NCBI GenBank assembly: GCA_964270895.1 | Contig: OZ185435.1 | Source of the DNA: Podarcis filfolensis | Taxonomy: Eukaryota | Direction: 5' to 3' (one strand) | Length of the DNA stretch: 64,000 nt | Shown here: positions 34,901 through 46,800 of the stretch, one piece after another | Layout of the letters: each line of letters opens with the position of its first letter | How positions within the stretch are numbered: position 1 is the stretch's first letter | Notes under the pieces: model-generated | What the model was told of the DNA's origin: nothing | Databases searched by the model: none | What the model saw: only the letters and a program-made list of their open reading frames with translations | Translations under genes and position numbers: made by a program

Positions 34901-37900
34901 CAGCCCCGTCAAGAAAAATGCAAGTACGTAGTTGAAATGTAAACTCTATTCAGTGTCATTCCGGAGATGCTATTGAAATGTTGAATGGTTCTGCTTAATG
35001 CCTTAGTGCAGAAAAACAAACAAACCCCAGTATATCTTGCAATCTCTGCTCCTGAGCAGCCTTACTAAGTTTGGCTAGACTTATACAAAGTGGAAGCTAT
35101 GTGCTATACTCAGGTTGGAAAGACTAATGGGTAATGGTGTTAGGTGCAGTCACAGGTTCCATTTTGAAGCTTTGAAGTGTAGTAGGCTCTATCCATGGCA
35201 TTTCCAGCTGATGGCTTTGAGTAGCAAGGCGCTGAAAAACCTTGAGTCCTTGGAGGTGCTGTGTCGGATCAAAATGCTCTTAATATGACAGCTTCATGTA
35301 ATCCTATGTCCCACTGTGGCAATGGCTGTGTTGGTGGCCTAATCCAGGCCACAAGACTAACCGTATACAACACCTTAGGAGCAGTACCATAAGGTGTTGT
35401 CCTTCTAGTGATGGACTCTGGAAGGCCATGAATTGGTCATCCTCAAGCTATGCAAACAGTACGGTTTTAGTGAAATCTCTTTATTTATCTCTTCTCCCAA
35501 AGGTCAAATTCCACCAAGCTTTCCAAGCAAGATGGCTCAACTTGCAACAATATGCAAACAGCAGCTGGATGAACAGTCAAGGTATGTTCGTAAAAGAAGA
35601 GATGCGTACAAAGCCTGCCTATTGAAGGCAAAATTTCCCAGCTAGGTGAATCCTCCAGCAGCATATCACACTTACTAACACAACTCCTCAACAAAAGGAC
35701 TAAAATTAACATATTTGGTGTAAGAAGAGCATGACTTAATGTTTGGCAGTGCTTTCTTTTCTAAATAAGCGGAGCCAATTCTACTGTATTGCTTTGGCGG
35801 AGCCATTTTGGATGCAAGGGTTTTAATGCTGTGGATTTCTTTTCTTAGGGATTTCAAGAAGAGAAAAATGAAATTGGAACATTCTACTTTGCCATCCCCT
35901 CTAGGTCTGCCACCCAAAACTCGTTTGAAGCCTAAACCATTCTTGTTACCTTCTCAGGCTGAGATCCTACCTCTGATCCACAACTCGGTACCTCCAGCAA
36001 TGCTACCTCTCCATCCCAATGTGCCCTATGCATTATATCTGCACCCTTCCCAAACACAGCTAGTGACAGCATACAATCCAAGTTTCACGGTGCGGCCTGT
36101 CCACTGTGCTAATGTGGCTGGAAGTAAGTCTCCCACGGAGCCCAGTTCCCAAGTAGCCCCCGGTAAAATATTTATTGAAGACAGTGGCAGCAATGGAGAA
36201 GGAAGTGCTTCCTGTGCTAAAGGCCAGGACCTCTGGCTGGCGAAGGAACAAGAAGGTACAAAGGATGACGTGGTGCCTGAGAGACATTTTAAGAGACGTA
36301 GAATGGAGGGCAGTCCAATGAAAAAATGTGCAAGTGAAGAAGCGGCGCTGCATGATGTGCTACTGGTAAGCTGTATTAAAGTGAACACTCTTTCCAAATA
36401 CTAAATGGGAGACTGAGGCATGAAATGCATGGGATAGGGCTCTCTAATTGGTCGCTGTGAAAAATCAATTCAATAGTTAAGGGTTCCTGTGAGTCATGTT
36501 CATGCACAGGGCCTACCTTTAGCAGTGGCAGTGGCAGATTTTTCAAATCTCAGCTGTGCCACAGGTAGCCACACTATCAGTAGAGCTCCCCTTCTGACTG
36601 CCTGACCTCCACTCTCTTTCTACATAAAGCCTTAGGAGCAGAGAAAGAAAACAGCTTAAGAAATATAGTAGTATTATTTTTTTAAAACAACAACAGCTGA
36701 AAAAGTTCTTGCCAACTCCCAAAGTGCCAAATTCATTTCCTCCTCCCCATTCATCCGTATTGCAAGCCTAATGTAGGGTTGCCATACATCCGGACATACC
36801 TGGAATACTGCAGTCAGAAGCAGTGTCCAGACATATTGGCAACCCATGTTGCCAGTGTTGTTTTTGGTGATTTCCCTTCAAAATAGCTCAAAAACTCCTT
36901 TTTTGCACTTTTGCCAAAAAAAGCTTAACCTTGGCAAAGCTAAGGAAAACCTAACAACTTTGGCCCAACAACTTTTGTGTCCGGATTTTCACTTTTTGAA
37001 ATATGGCAACCCTAACCTTATGGAGGAGGCCATCTGCTCAGGCTCCCTTTTAACTTCCAGGTAGCTTTGCTTTTGTGGTATTGGAGCATCCAGTAACTCC
37101 CCATATAGAAGGACAGCAGTTACCCAGCCTCAGAAGAAGCTGTCTTGTGTTTTTGGATGAGTTACAGCTCTGGGCAGGGCTTCTTTTCAGCAGGAACTCA
37201 CCAGAACTCAGTTCCAGAACCTCTCAGGTGGGTGCCGTTGCCATTCTAAGAGAACAAGGGAGACGTTTGTGGTGAGCACCTCTTTCTAGAAAAAGAGCAC
37301 TGGCTCTGGGCCTGCCTCCTTCCAACTGGCAGGTATATTCAGAACTGCTGCCACACACACTAACATGATGTAGCATCTTCTGCTGGGTGGGGGCGCGTGG
37401 AAAGGTAATTCATACTTCTTTCACCCTTTACAGATAATGGGCTAAAGTATGCTTTGGGAATTTGTGCCCTAGATGCTGCAGAACAGTGGGACACATATTA
37501 CAGAGTTAACCAAGTTTTGGAGCAAGCCTATTATTTTCTACCTGACAAATCAGTAATTGCAGATTATCGGTTGTTGCAAAAACTGCCCTCCTTAGCGGCT
37601 GGCTTGCTAAATGCAGAGCTCATGTGACCCATATATTGAGCTGCTCTTTTTTAATAAGAAGTTGATCCAAAGGTGTGTGTCCAGAAGTCTTCAGTCATTG
37701 AGATGGAACATTAGTGAGCACAAAGCGATATACAAGTAAATCACATTCCTCAGTTGAATGAATGCAGAAGGCATTAAGAGTGGAGGAAATCCTTTTTTAA
37801 AATTGGGGCATCTGCCCACAGAACCAGCTGCTGCATTAGGATTGTTTCCTATTTTCCTAGCCCTGATCAAATGTTCTGGAAACAATATCAAATGTATTTA

Positions 37901-40900
37901 CTGTGTGCATTTTGATGATAAAGCAAAGTACTGTACTAGAGTATGCTTGTACTTCTCTCTTTTCCTTTTGCACTTTAGTCAGGTTCATCAGCTATTCCCT
38001 ATTCCTTTTCCCACTCCTCCTTGAGTCTCTTGGACCAAGCTAGTCCTGCCTTTTCTGCTATTGATTAAATTTCATAACTTATTTTTACTTTCCCTCTGTC
38101 TTGTTACTTTTACTGATTTTAAGCTTGGGATTCTTCTGTATTATTGGTGCTTGGTGGCAGTAGCGAGGTTTTTTATACTAATTTTGTGGGTGGGGTGTTG
38201 GTGAGGGAGCAGGGGGTTGCTGTGGGCAGGATTGGCAAGTAATGTGAGGGGGTAGAAGACTCCTTAGTAACAAATAAGTGACAACATGACTAAAGAAAGA
38301 TGAAATAGACCTCTGTTAGGAAGGGTTACATAAGGATGACACCATTTGGAGAGGTACATTTCACCAGCTTTGCTAAGGTAAAGAATATCTTGAATCTGAC
38401 TAGTGTCTCGTGTGTGTAGAGATCTGGGAATTTCAATAGCCCCAACCAGTTGCTTTTTATAGTTATGTTTTCAAGGCACCGTGTTTCCCCATTTATTTAT
38501 TTTTTACTCTGTACTGTATTCCTGTTTTTCTGAGTGATGACAGCCAGTTGCTTGTTTCAAAGAATCTGGTTTGATACAGATACTAAATTCTGGGAACTGG
38601 ATATCTCTCGGTTGTGCTTTGAGCTGCTTTTCCAGGAGTGCAATACAGGGTGGGGAAAGTCCAGCCTCAACTTGGGAGAAGGGAAAAATAGGAATTGTGT
38701 TGGAGGATGGAGTTGACATGCAGAATGCGGGAGAAGAAGGAGAACAAGAAGGGAGAAGGCACCTTTAATATTACCCATTCAGAGATATGCTTTCTCTCTC
38801 TGTGTGTGTGTGTGTGTGTGTCTGTGTCTGTGTCTGTGTCTCTGCCTGACTGCCTATTCTGGATGGGGTTTCACTCACTCTGAAAGAATAAATTTGGGGC
38901 TGCTCCCCAATCCAACTTTGTCACTGGAAGCTTAGGTAGCCTCATTTGGGGAGGGGTACCTATTACCATGTACAGCCAATATGCCAATGACAGTGATTCT
39001 TGGACAGGAATAGTCTTGCCATAGTGAACCACGCCTTAGTAGCCTCAAGACTCAGTTATTGCAATGTGGTTTATGTAGGGCTGCACTTGGGCCTAGTCTG
39101 GAGGCTTCACCTGTTACAGAACACTCTGACTGTAGTGCCGTTGGGGAGAGACTATCACCAGCACATAACTCCAGTAGCACTGGCTGCCTGCATGCTCCGA
39201 GGCCAGGCTCCAGATTCTTGTTTTAACTTGCAAGGCCCTTAACAACTTGGCTCTCAAGGACCACCTGATTCATTATATCCCTGCCCAATCACTGAGGTCT
39301 GAAGGGGAGTCACTTGTTAGTGGTCTCCCATGGCTTGTATCCACCAGGAGCCGCACATTCAGCATTGTGGGCCCAATTGTATGGGACTCCCTTCCAGTTG
39401 AGGTCAAACAGTGCCTGCCCTTTGGTTGAACTTCCTTCACCTACTGAAATTTTTGTTTATTCCAAAAGGCATTTTAACTGAATTCTGATATTATACTTTT
39501 AACTGGTTTGTTGTTGCTGTACTGAGTTACTTGTAAACTGCTTAGAGACTATTGTAATTAAGTAGTATATAAATTGTTGAAATAAATAAATAATATCCAT
39601 ATGGGTATGTGTATCCCCCTCTAAATTAGCCTTTGGTTATTTTGCATTTCCCCCACCCCCCACCCCAGGGAGTATCTGCTGAGAGCAGAAAATCCCGATG
39701 TCCCATAGCTTCGCATCTTGACCAGGAAACCTTAACTTCATCAGCTGTGAAACAAAGTAAATCTGAAAAAACAGATCAACACTTGGAGGGTCAACCTAAG
39801 CAGCAGAGGCAAGGGGAATTTTTGGAACCCGACAGCGTCACCACAATGCAGGAGATGCCCGCAACATTTGCAATCGCTACACACAAGGTATACTTCCCCT
39901 TAAGCACATTTGCCCTATATCTTTGCTCTTCTGAAAGGAGCACTGAATGTCTTAAAGTAGGCATTTTATGCTCCATCTTTACAAAAAAAGAAAGAAAATT
40001 AGATCACATTCAGGACCAATGTAGTATCTTCAGCTTCAGCCCATGGACATTTTCCCCTCTTTCCTTTTATATTTTAATTAAGGACTGCTGCTGGAATTTA
40101 CTTTATTGCATTTCAGACAGACCCTTGCTATTTGGACAAAGCACATGTTTTGTGCAATCCATGGGCAGAATTGTAGAATGCAATAATGGACATGTCATAC
40201 TGCCCAGCAACACTGATAATATATCAGTAAGTTGCCCATATTAAAATTATCCTTTATAAGACTCCAGGATGAAAAGTAATGGTCTTTTAAAATATTTTAT
40301 CATTTAAATTTTTTTTAAGAGATCAGAATGAAAAAGAATCATGCATTCTGCATGCTTGTAGAGCACAAACACATAGCTGCATTTTTCTTAAAAGTTGAAT
40401 GTTGTATTTATCTCCACCCACCCCAAATATGTTTAATTTTCATCATTATTCAGGGATGCCTTTTGCTTCATATACATAAGGTCTTCATTTTTAATGTGGC
40501 GTGGAAAAAGAGGAAGAAGGAAAACATAGAAGTGTGGCATGAATTGAGCGTGAGGTGGTCCAAAACTGCATCGGTGTGGTGGTTGTTTACGATCTTTTCC
40601 CTGCTACAAAGTTATTATTATCCATTGCAATATTGAACAAGTGTAATATCAAACTTGGGTTCCAAAAATTGGGTTACAACTCTCATCTTAGCCAGCAAAT
40701 GGTCCAGGATGATGGGAATTGTAGTCCAACCTCATCATTTGGAGATCCAATGTTGAAGAACCCCCCACCCACCCATGGGTAACAGTTGCTTTGCGGAGAG
40801 GGGTGGTTTTCCATCTTAGAAATGGCATGGCTAAGTTCTCTTAATGTTTTCCTTCAGTCCCAGTGGCTTCTTTAATTGTTAAGACATCAAGAGATCCAGT

Positions 40901-43293
40901 CATTGTTCTGCCATGTCATATCTATTTTGGCCCTTTCTTGTTTAGGAACAGTGCAGTACCTGGGCTAAATCTATGAAATTTGTGTTGATTATTGTTGTGA
41001 ATATAAACAGTACATTTCCCCTTGTTCTTTAGACTTGGTTTCCTTCAGGATACCTTATACCTCTTCCTCACTGTACCAAGCTTGGTAATGAGACCATTTT
41101 TTCTAACAAGGAGAAAGCTGAGATGTGTGCAGCAGAACAGAAGTCTTATAGTTCTCCTATTGCTGGTGTGTATTCATTAACTCTGCCTCTAAAATATTCC
41201 AGACTTGTTTATATCTGATTACTCCTGTCAGCTATTGATGAAGGACTTTAGGTGGGAAATTTAACTACAATTTAACTACAGCTATTGCATGCCTGAGGCC
41301 TGTGCCCTCCTCATTCAGCTTTTGCAATGGTGGCTTGTCCCACATGGTTCCACTTTCTGTGATCTGAAGAAGATGGATTTAATCAGTTCAATACAGTATG
41401 TATTAACGGTTCTGAACTCATTTACAGAGGGCTTACAAAACCACAAATAAAAGCTAACATTTTTGTTATCCATTTAACAATTCATTAAATAAATGTTCTT
41501 ATTGTCTCCTGTAATTCTCATTTCCTTCAAGCACTTCTTTTTGATTGTTTGTTTCATAAAATAGATAGGCCACTGGATTGTTTTTGTTTAAAAAAAAACA
41601 CCTCAAAGCGGTGAGGTGAATAAAACGGTGAGGTCAAAGTGAATAAAACAATAAAATCATCAGTAACAATCCATAAAAAACAATGCAGTAAAATCAACAA
41701 TAAACAATAAAATCAACAATAAAGGAAAAAACCAATTAAAACAAACATCCACATTCTACACATGTTCCATGTTCTGATCTTGAGGGGTGGTTGTTTTTTC
41801 AGTTATTGAATGTATTTAAATCAATGTTCTAGATGAGTCATTTTGTTGTTGCAGGACCTTTTCAAAGTTTCTTATAATGTGATAGTTTGTGCATTAATAT
41901 TCTATGCCAAGGCTTAATTGCATTCATCTGAAGCCTGCTGTGACCAAGCTTCTGGTGTTTGGCTGGACTTGGTGTTCATGCCTGCCAAACATTGGCCTGT
42001 GCTCCTTGACGCAGAAGTATTGTCATTTGTGACAGTTTTTTCTTTCTTTCTCCTTCTCATAGGTGGTATTCCAGTGACGTCTGAATTTACTGCCGTTAAT
42101 TTCCCTGCTTTTCATATAGCACCTGTGAACCTAAAGCTACCCGCATCTTCTGTAGCTACTGTCTCCGTGGTGAATGGCACTGCTGTGACTTCAGACCAGG
42201 CTGACTCGATCCAAGCCCCAAGCGCTTCAGTTATGAACTTTACACTACAACACTTGGGACTGATTCCAGCCAATCTACAAATGTCTGCAAATCAAGTACT
42301 TAGGTCTGGCCCAGTTTGTCAAGGAGCAGAACATGCTAGTTTGGTTTCAGAAAGTGTAGGCTTCAAACAGGAGAAAGCAATACAGAATGTTTTACCACCG
42401 TACGGTCATGAGTTAAATGGTAAATCAGTTTCAGCAGCTTCTTTACAGCAGGTAAGAGAGCTTTTAAATAATAGTCTGTTTCAAATAAGACTGATGGGTT
42501 ATTAACACATATTCTTGCCAGAGTGTACAGTCGCTCATAAGCAATGGGGCATTTTACATGATTTGGTAACGGGAGCAAGCCAGCAGGAAACCACACCCAG
42601 CAATTTGGAGTTAACTTTATTAGCAACAATAGGATCTGAAAGACATGAACAGCTTTGGATACAGATGTCGGAAAAGTGGGTTTTCAGTAGCAATAAAATT
42701 TTCAGTATAATATGATGTTTTATCTTTGCATACCAGTGCTTGTAGAGATTTACTTGGTTAAAACTGTTAAAATGCAGACTCTGCTAAAAGAGCAGTACCA
42801 TTGTATGAAAGGGCTAGAAAATTACAGAAGGGATGCCTAATATAACATTGTGAAATTGGCTGTTATATTGGCAACCCTCTCCGTATGTACAAATATTTAC
42901 CAGTGGACCAAAAGCATTAATAGAGTATGCTGACACAGGATAATTAGTAAGACTTACCAACAGTGTCCTTTTCACCTGCTTCGTGTTTCCTTCTCTGTTG
43001 TTCCTGTTTCTTCTGCTTAGTTACAGTATTAGAAAGCCTCAAACAGGGTTCCAAAATACATTTTAGTTGTTTCAGTCTCATCACTTGCAAATAATTTAGT
43101 TTTCTCTTCCATTCAGGCCACTGTTCCTGTTACGTCCAGCATTCTGGATAATTGCCATGACTTCCAAGCATCATGCGAGTCAGCTGTAGTTCCTGAGTTT
43201 TGTTCATCCTTTCATGAATCAGATAGAATATCTCAAGCAACACTGGCAATTCCACAAAGAGAACATGGTGTTTCAACAGAAGATAAATTTTGA
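28923..43293 (+). CDS. E2F8: Atypical E2F transcription factor 8, spliced CDS (about 859 aa from 12 core exons; up to 980 aa with both candidate exons)
   Basis: Manual splicing gives a continuous, phase-consistent frame: 28923-28970, 30119-30379, 30710-30866, 32093-32398, 32738-32899, 34189-34326, 34711-34923, 35503-35581, 35849-36365, 41033-41165, 42063-42451, 43117-43293 (2580 nt including TGA). It has two E2F DNA-binding domains ([14 protein letters not shown]...[15 protein letters not shown] and [13 protein letters not shown]...[15 protein letters not shown]) plus E2F8-type motifs [40 protein letters not shown] and a C-terminal VSTED. All introns are GT-AG. Confidence 0.97.
30119..30379 (+). 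CDS. E2F8: E2F8 exon (ENWSFEPH...KTPLK...[22 protein letters not shown]...IPE)
   Basis: tttggctcag|GAA acceptor, GAG|gtaaaa donor, phase 0-0. Confidence 0.93.
30710..30866 (+). CDS. E2F8: E2F8 exon, DBD1 N-terminal part ([31 protein letters not shown]...DEVAEEL)
   Basis: tttccgcag|GAC acceptor, CTTA|gtaagt donor. Confidence 0.96.
31150..31860 (-). mobile_element. Decayed L2 LINE 3' fragment in an E2F8 intron
   Basis: Minus-strand [18 protein letters not shown]…FRCQAKT; small internal duplication near 31560-31640. Confidence 0.8.
32093..32398 (+). CDS. E2F8: E2F8 exon, DBD1 recognition helix ([29 protein letters not shown]...[12 protein letters not shown])
   Basis: cccttcttacag|AT acceptor, GCAG|gtacat donor; RRxYD motif. 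Confidence 0.96.
32738..32899 (+). CDS. E2F8: E2F8 exon, DBD2 N-terminal part ([24 protein letters not shown]...KSKFK)
   Basis: ctccgtacag|CT acceptor, AAAA|gtaagt donor. Confidence 0.96.
34189..34326 (+). CDS. E2F8: E2F8 exon, DBD2 recognition helix ([38 protein letters not shown])
   Basis: acttatttcag|CT acceptor, CTGG|gtaggt donor. Not present in the supplied ORF track. Confidence 0.96.
34711..34923 (+). CDS. E2F8: E2F8 exon (…[16 protein letters not shown]…RHPSLMKL…[13 protein letters not shown])
   Basis: gatttatag|CT acceptor, GCAA|gtacgt donor. Matches recalled mammalian E2F8 motifs KNLF, RHPSL and SAPSSP. Confidence 0.92.
35503..35581 (+). CDS. E2F8: E2F8 exon ([25 protein letters not shown])
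   Basis: cttctcccaaag|GT acceptor, CAAG|gtatgt donor; conserved FPSKMAQLA motif. Confidence 0.9.
35849..36365 (+). CDS. E2F8: E2F8 large Pro/Ser-rich exon ([11 protein letters not shown]…YALYLHPSQ…HDVLL)
   Basis: tttcttag|G acceptor, CTG|gtaagc donor; lies inside the 198-aa ORF; YALYLHP resembles the recalled human YAIYLQP. Confidence 0.9.
36774..37014. mobile_element. hAT-like MITE with TAGGGTTGCCATA TIRs
   Basis: Terminal inverted repeats; related copy in opposite orientation at 51350-51599. Confidence 0.7.
38791..38842. repeat. Compound (CT)n(GT)n(GTGTCT)n microsatellite
   Basis: Directly visible. Confidence 0.9.
38980..39595 (+). mobile_element. Decayed L2 LINE 3' fragment
   Basis: [18 protein letters not shown]…[15 protein letters not shown] peptides; (AAAT)n tail at about 39581-39594. 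Confidence 0.8.
39669..39887 (+). CDS. E2F8: Candidate extra E2F8 cassette exon, 73 codons ([12 protein letters not shown]…IATHK)
   Basis: Long pyrimidine tract ending caccccag, donor AAG|gtatac, phase 0-0, open frame. No counterpart that I recall in human E2F8. Confidence 0.55.
40083..40226 (+). CDS. E2F8: Second candidate extra E2F8 cassette exon, 48 codons (DCCWNLLY…PSNTDNIS)
   Basis: tttcccctctttccttttatattttaattaag acceptor, TCA|gtaagt donor, phase 0-0, open frame. Confidence 0.35.
41033..41165 (+). CDS. E2F8: E2F8 exon ([14 protein letters not shown]…YSSPIA)
   Basis: cttgttctttag|ACT acceptor, GCTG|gtgtgt donor. Matches recalled human [11 protein letters not shown]…YSSPIA. Not in the ORF track. 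Confidence 0.93.
42063..42451 (+). CDS. E2F8: E2F8 exon ([17 protein letters not shown]…[10 protein letters not shown]…SLQQ)
   Basis: ctccttctcatag|GT acceptor, CAG|gtaaga donor. Confidence 0.94.
43117..43293 (+). CDS. E2F8: E2F8 last coding exon (ATVPVTSS…[16 protein letters not shown])
   Basis: ttctcttccattcag|GCC acceptor, TGA at 43291-43293. The end resembles recalled human VPQRKLEVSTEDVH*. Confidence 0.88.
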   Translation, partial: ATVPVTSSILDNCHDFQASCESAVVPEFCSSFHESDRISQATLAIPQREHGVSTEDKF

Positions 43294-43810
43294 GTTGGTA
43301 TAAAATATTGTTGAACTCTTCCCCCAAACAGATATGATTGAAACACTTATTTCTGGTATTATAAATGTGTACTCTGGAAATAATACTTGATCATAATGAT
43401 GACTTCTTCATGCTTGAATATATATACATATATAAATATATATATATATAAGGACACACACCATTGTCTGTAAAAACACCACTTAAAGAAGCAATTTTTA
43501 CAATTCCATTAAATGTCTGACTTCATAGTTGTGTGGAATAAGAAAGCTCTTGTTCGTTATTTGTATAGAAGCATACTAAATATGTACTGGCACATTGCAA
43601 GTACCAAGCATGTAATATATTGTATTTTTAAAAAAACTATTAGGGAGGCTCTTGTTACTTAAGTTTACATAACATTTTAATTTTGTGTGTTCTTTAATAC
43701 TGTTGCAAAGTTTTAAAATCTTAATCACGTATGTGTAAATTTTAAGGTTTATTTAAGGGATTAATCAATTTCTTCAAATTAAATTTTGTGTCAGTTTTCT
43801 AACTTTTATA
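43294..43810 (+). other. E2F8: E2F8 3' UTR (approximate end)
   Basis: AT-rich sequence after the stop codon. ATTAAA at 43778-43783 is followed by a T/GT-rich tract. The true cleavage site is not determinable from sequence. Confidence 0.45.
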
Positions 43811-46800
43811 CTTGTGGGTTGTTTCTTGGCATTGAAACAAAATGAACATGCACAGAAAGAGTGTGCAGAAAAACGTGCCATATGTATATCAGGAAAAGTA
43901 TGGATAAGGATAAAATGCTGCATAATGCCTTAAAATGGACTGGAGTGCGTGAGGATTAGACCACAGGGTCCATTTCTCCAAGCTCTCCAACTGAGGTGGC
44001 CTCCCAACAGGTGCTGTCAATGGAGTCACAAAAGTGTCGCCAACCAATCCTTTCACCTGCTAAACATGGTTGTATTCATGCTTATAGGGGTCAGCAGAAA
44101 ACCCCAAAATGATGTTCGGAGGATAGGACTGAGCCAGGCTAGGACCCACTGGATCTCAAACTGCCCTCAGTTTTCGTATGATGGCATTGTGTCCAATTAC
44201 TGCCCTAGCCTGGAGTTGTCACAGTGATGAAGCCCGATCGTTCGTCCCCTACTTTCTGTCATGGCTGTAGATGCAGCAAAGTGTGTGTGTGTGTGTAAAA
44301 GCTTAAGATTGTGCCCCTAAATCTGACTAAAACCTTGCCAAGGTTCAAAATCATGCAACCTGGTATGTGGATGCCATTTGGAAATGCTGCCACCTGTCTG
44401 TTTGGGTTGTAGCCAGAACAACTTGGTTTTTACTAGCTTCTCGAGCACATAGCTCATGCCCTTTCCCCTCATCTGTTGAATGTTGTCTTAATATATAAAT
44501 TGAGTAATAGATTGCATCTAATAAAAGCAAATGGAATCTATGGCACAGATGCAAGAAACTGAAATCTCTTCACCCCAACAGCTGAGATTTTTCTGTATAG
44601 AAAGATGTCATGTTTGAAATCACTTTGACCTAAGTACTTTTTACTATAATTTTATGCATACTATTAATAGTGTGAGCATATTACACCCCAATCCTAAAGT
44701 TAGTTATCTAGAAAAAGAAGCTGTATTGCTATTTGTAAATAAGTTTGTTTAGGGGCATTGCATCAGAGTTGATATAAAGCACTACAAAAATATGAATGGA
44801 AGTACTACAACGGGCCTTGTATCAAATCACATTTATTATCATTTTTCAGTATTTATACCATTAAACCAGAAAAAAACAAGCTAGATTTTGAAAAGAATAA
44901 TTAATATCTGAACAAAATAGTGAGTCAAGGTGACAAAGGCCTGAGACAAAATCATAATCTTCCTGTACTTTATCACCCTGTACACTCAGTGTTCAATAAA
45001 ATATTGGCTTATCAGTTTATTTTTTTGCAGTTTCTGCCGCTGATAGTTGAAAAACCTCACCATTCTTTCAGAATGAAAGAATGATCTCAGGCTAAAAGCA
45101 ATCTCAAGCCTACTCTGATTTATACTTAGTTCTAAGGTCCTGGGACCTTAAGGGTAGGTAAGAAATTGAATTAATGATGACGATGAGGCAATAATTATGC
45201 CAACCAAATTAGCCATCTAACCTTATTGCCTTCCACCCTACAGATCATTAGTCTGTCAGATATTTTGTCTAGAGAGTCTCCACTGTTTTATTCATTTGAA
45301 AACTGCATTTTTATCTTGCCCTCTACTCACTTCTTAACTCATGCAGGTTCTCTTTTGATACATTTTTATATGAAGGAATGACTTAGAAGAATGAACTACT
45401 GTACACCAATTTATGTTTTGTATAGGAAAAAAATACAGTACTCTTCTGTTTGCTATTGAGCCACTGCAAGATCAAGGGTTCCTGGCTCTGCTTCTGAAAT
45501 AATAACAGCTTCTCTAAAACTTGCTCTTTTGTTTCTTCTTTTTAATTTCTCTGGTTCAAGTTTACAACATGACAACCTTTCTGTTATTTCTTTCCTATTT
45601 GTATCTCTTAATACTATCAGTGATCTGCTTATCAGACTTGCTGTGCTTTTCCGCCAGCCAGTATGACCTGATTACCTCATTCACTTGCCTGCCTTGGGAA
45701 GTTCTCTTTGATCTTGGGTCTGACTTCATGTTCTTGATGTGCAGCTTTCAAACATTTGAAAGGTGTTTGTAGACTCTGCACATATTCCGTCAGTCCAAAT
45801 AACTGCATCTTGCACTTCTAGTGATTGAAATAAAAATTGAAGCAGCTGCTGTGATTCATTTGATGAAAAACAAACCTGCATTTACACTTAGATTGAAATA
45901 AATAGAATCTATGGACAAAAAGAGACACTTGTGGTTCCTTTGAAGACTAAAAAAATTATTATAGCTTCCATACACGTGCTAGAGTGGCAAAATTGTAAAC
46001 AAGCTTACAAGCTTAGCCCCTAGCAATTTTGCTATATCTAAAGCAAGTATATACTGACCCTGAGGTCAGTAAAAGAATCCTCCATTGGTAATTGGACTAA
46101 ATCTAAATCTGCATTTTCGGAGAAACATCACCACATTTCTTCATAATGTTTTCTCCAAAGGGGCACTTTGGTCCCCTGACTCTGAATTCTAATTGACCAA
46201 ATGTCCCTTGTGACCTCCCTGCCTCTTTGTGGCAGGAAACCTACAATGATATCCCTCATATCCACTCCATACATGCATTAACTAGCAATTAATGTTCCTT
46301 TCTCTCCAGCACTATCATTAATCTACCTCTGAACTAGAGCTAAAACTCTTGAGGAAATGTCTTTCCTATTACTAAGTAGTTCAGATTCCCAAATAGTTTA
46401 GCCTTACAGGTTTAACACTCACTTGGCCACTCTACATCTCTCTTCAAGCCTTCTCCAACCCCTGGATGCCTGCAGGAGCAAAACGTCTTCATTCTGGCTC
46501 AATCCCTTTATGTCTGCCTCCTCTACTACAGTATCTTCTTGTCTCTCGGCCATGATTGTTATTTTCTTTGAATTAGTCTGGACTCTTGTAAGCACAAGCC
46601 ACTGTTATACTTTATTCTTCTTGTAATGTTGAACTAGAGTTAAAGGATTGTGAAGGTTTCATTCCACTTCTAAGCTTCTTCACAGTCCTCTCCTGGTTTC
46701 CTTACTTTTGCAATGCCTAACTGCCCACCAACATCTTTCAGGGTTCCAGGTCTCTGAAACTGTTTCCTTCCCTTTTTCTCTCTTGAAGTTTCAAGCCTTC

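Noticed and set aside
40117-40226. Alternative acceptors at 40116 and 40120
   Set aside because: Both are out of frame with the upstream phase 0 donors and hit stops; the in-frame acceptor at 40082 is preferred.
42952-43030. Minus-strand GTAAGT donor preceded by a [13 protein letters not shown]-like frame
   Set aside because: The charged peptide is simply the complement of a plus-strand pyrimidine tract; no acceptor or start support.
45031-45158. Plus-strand acceptor and donor pair after the E2F8 3' UTR
   Set aside because: Not an evident coding exon, and indistinguishable from chance splice-like signals.
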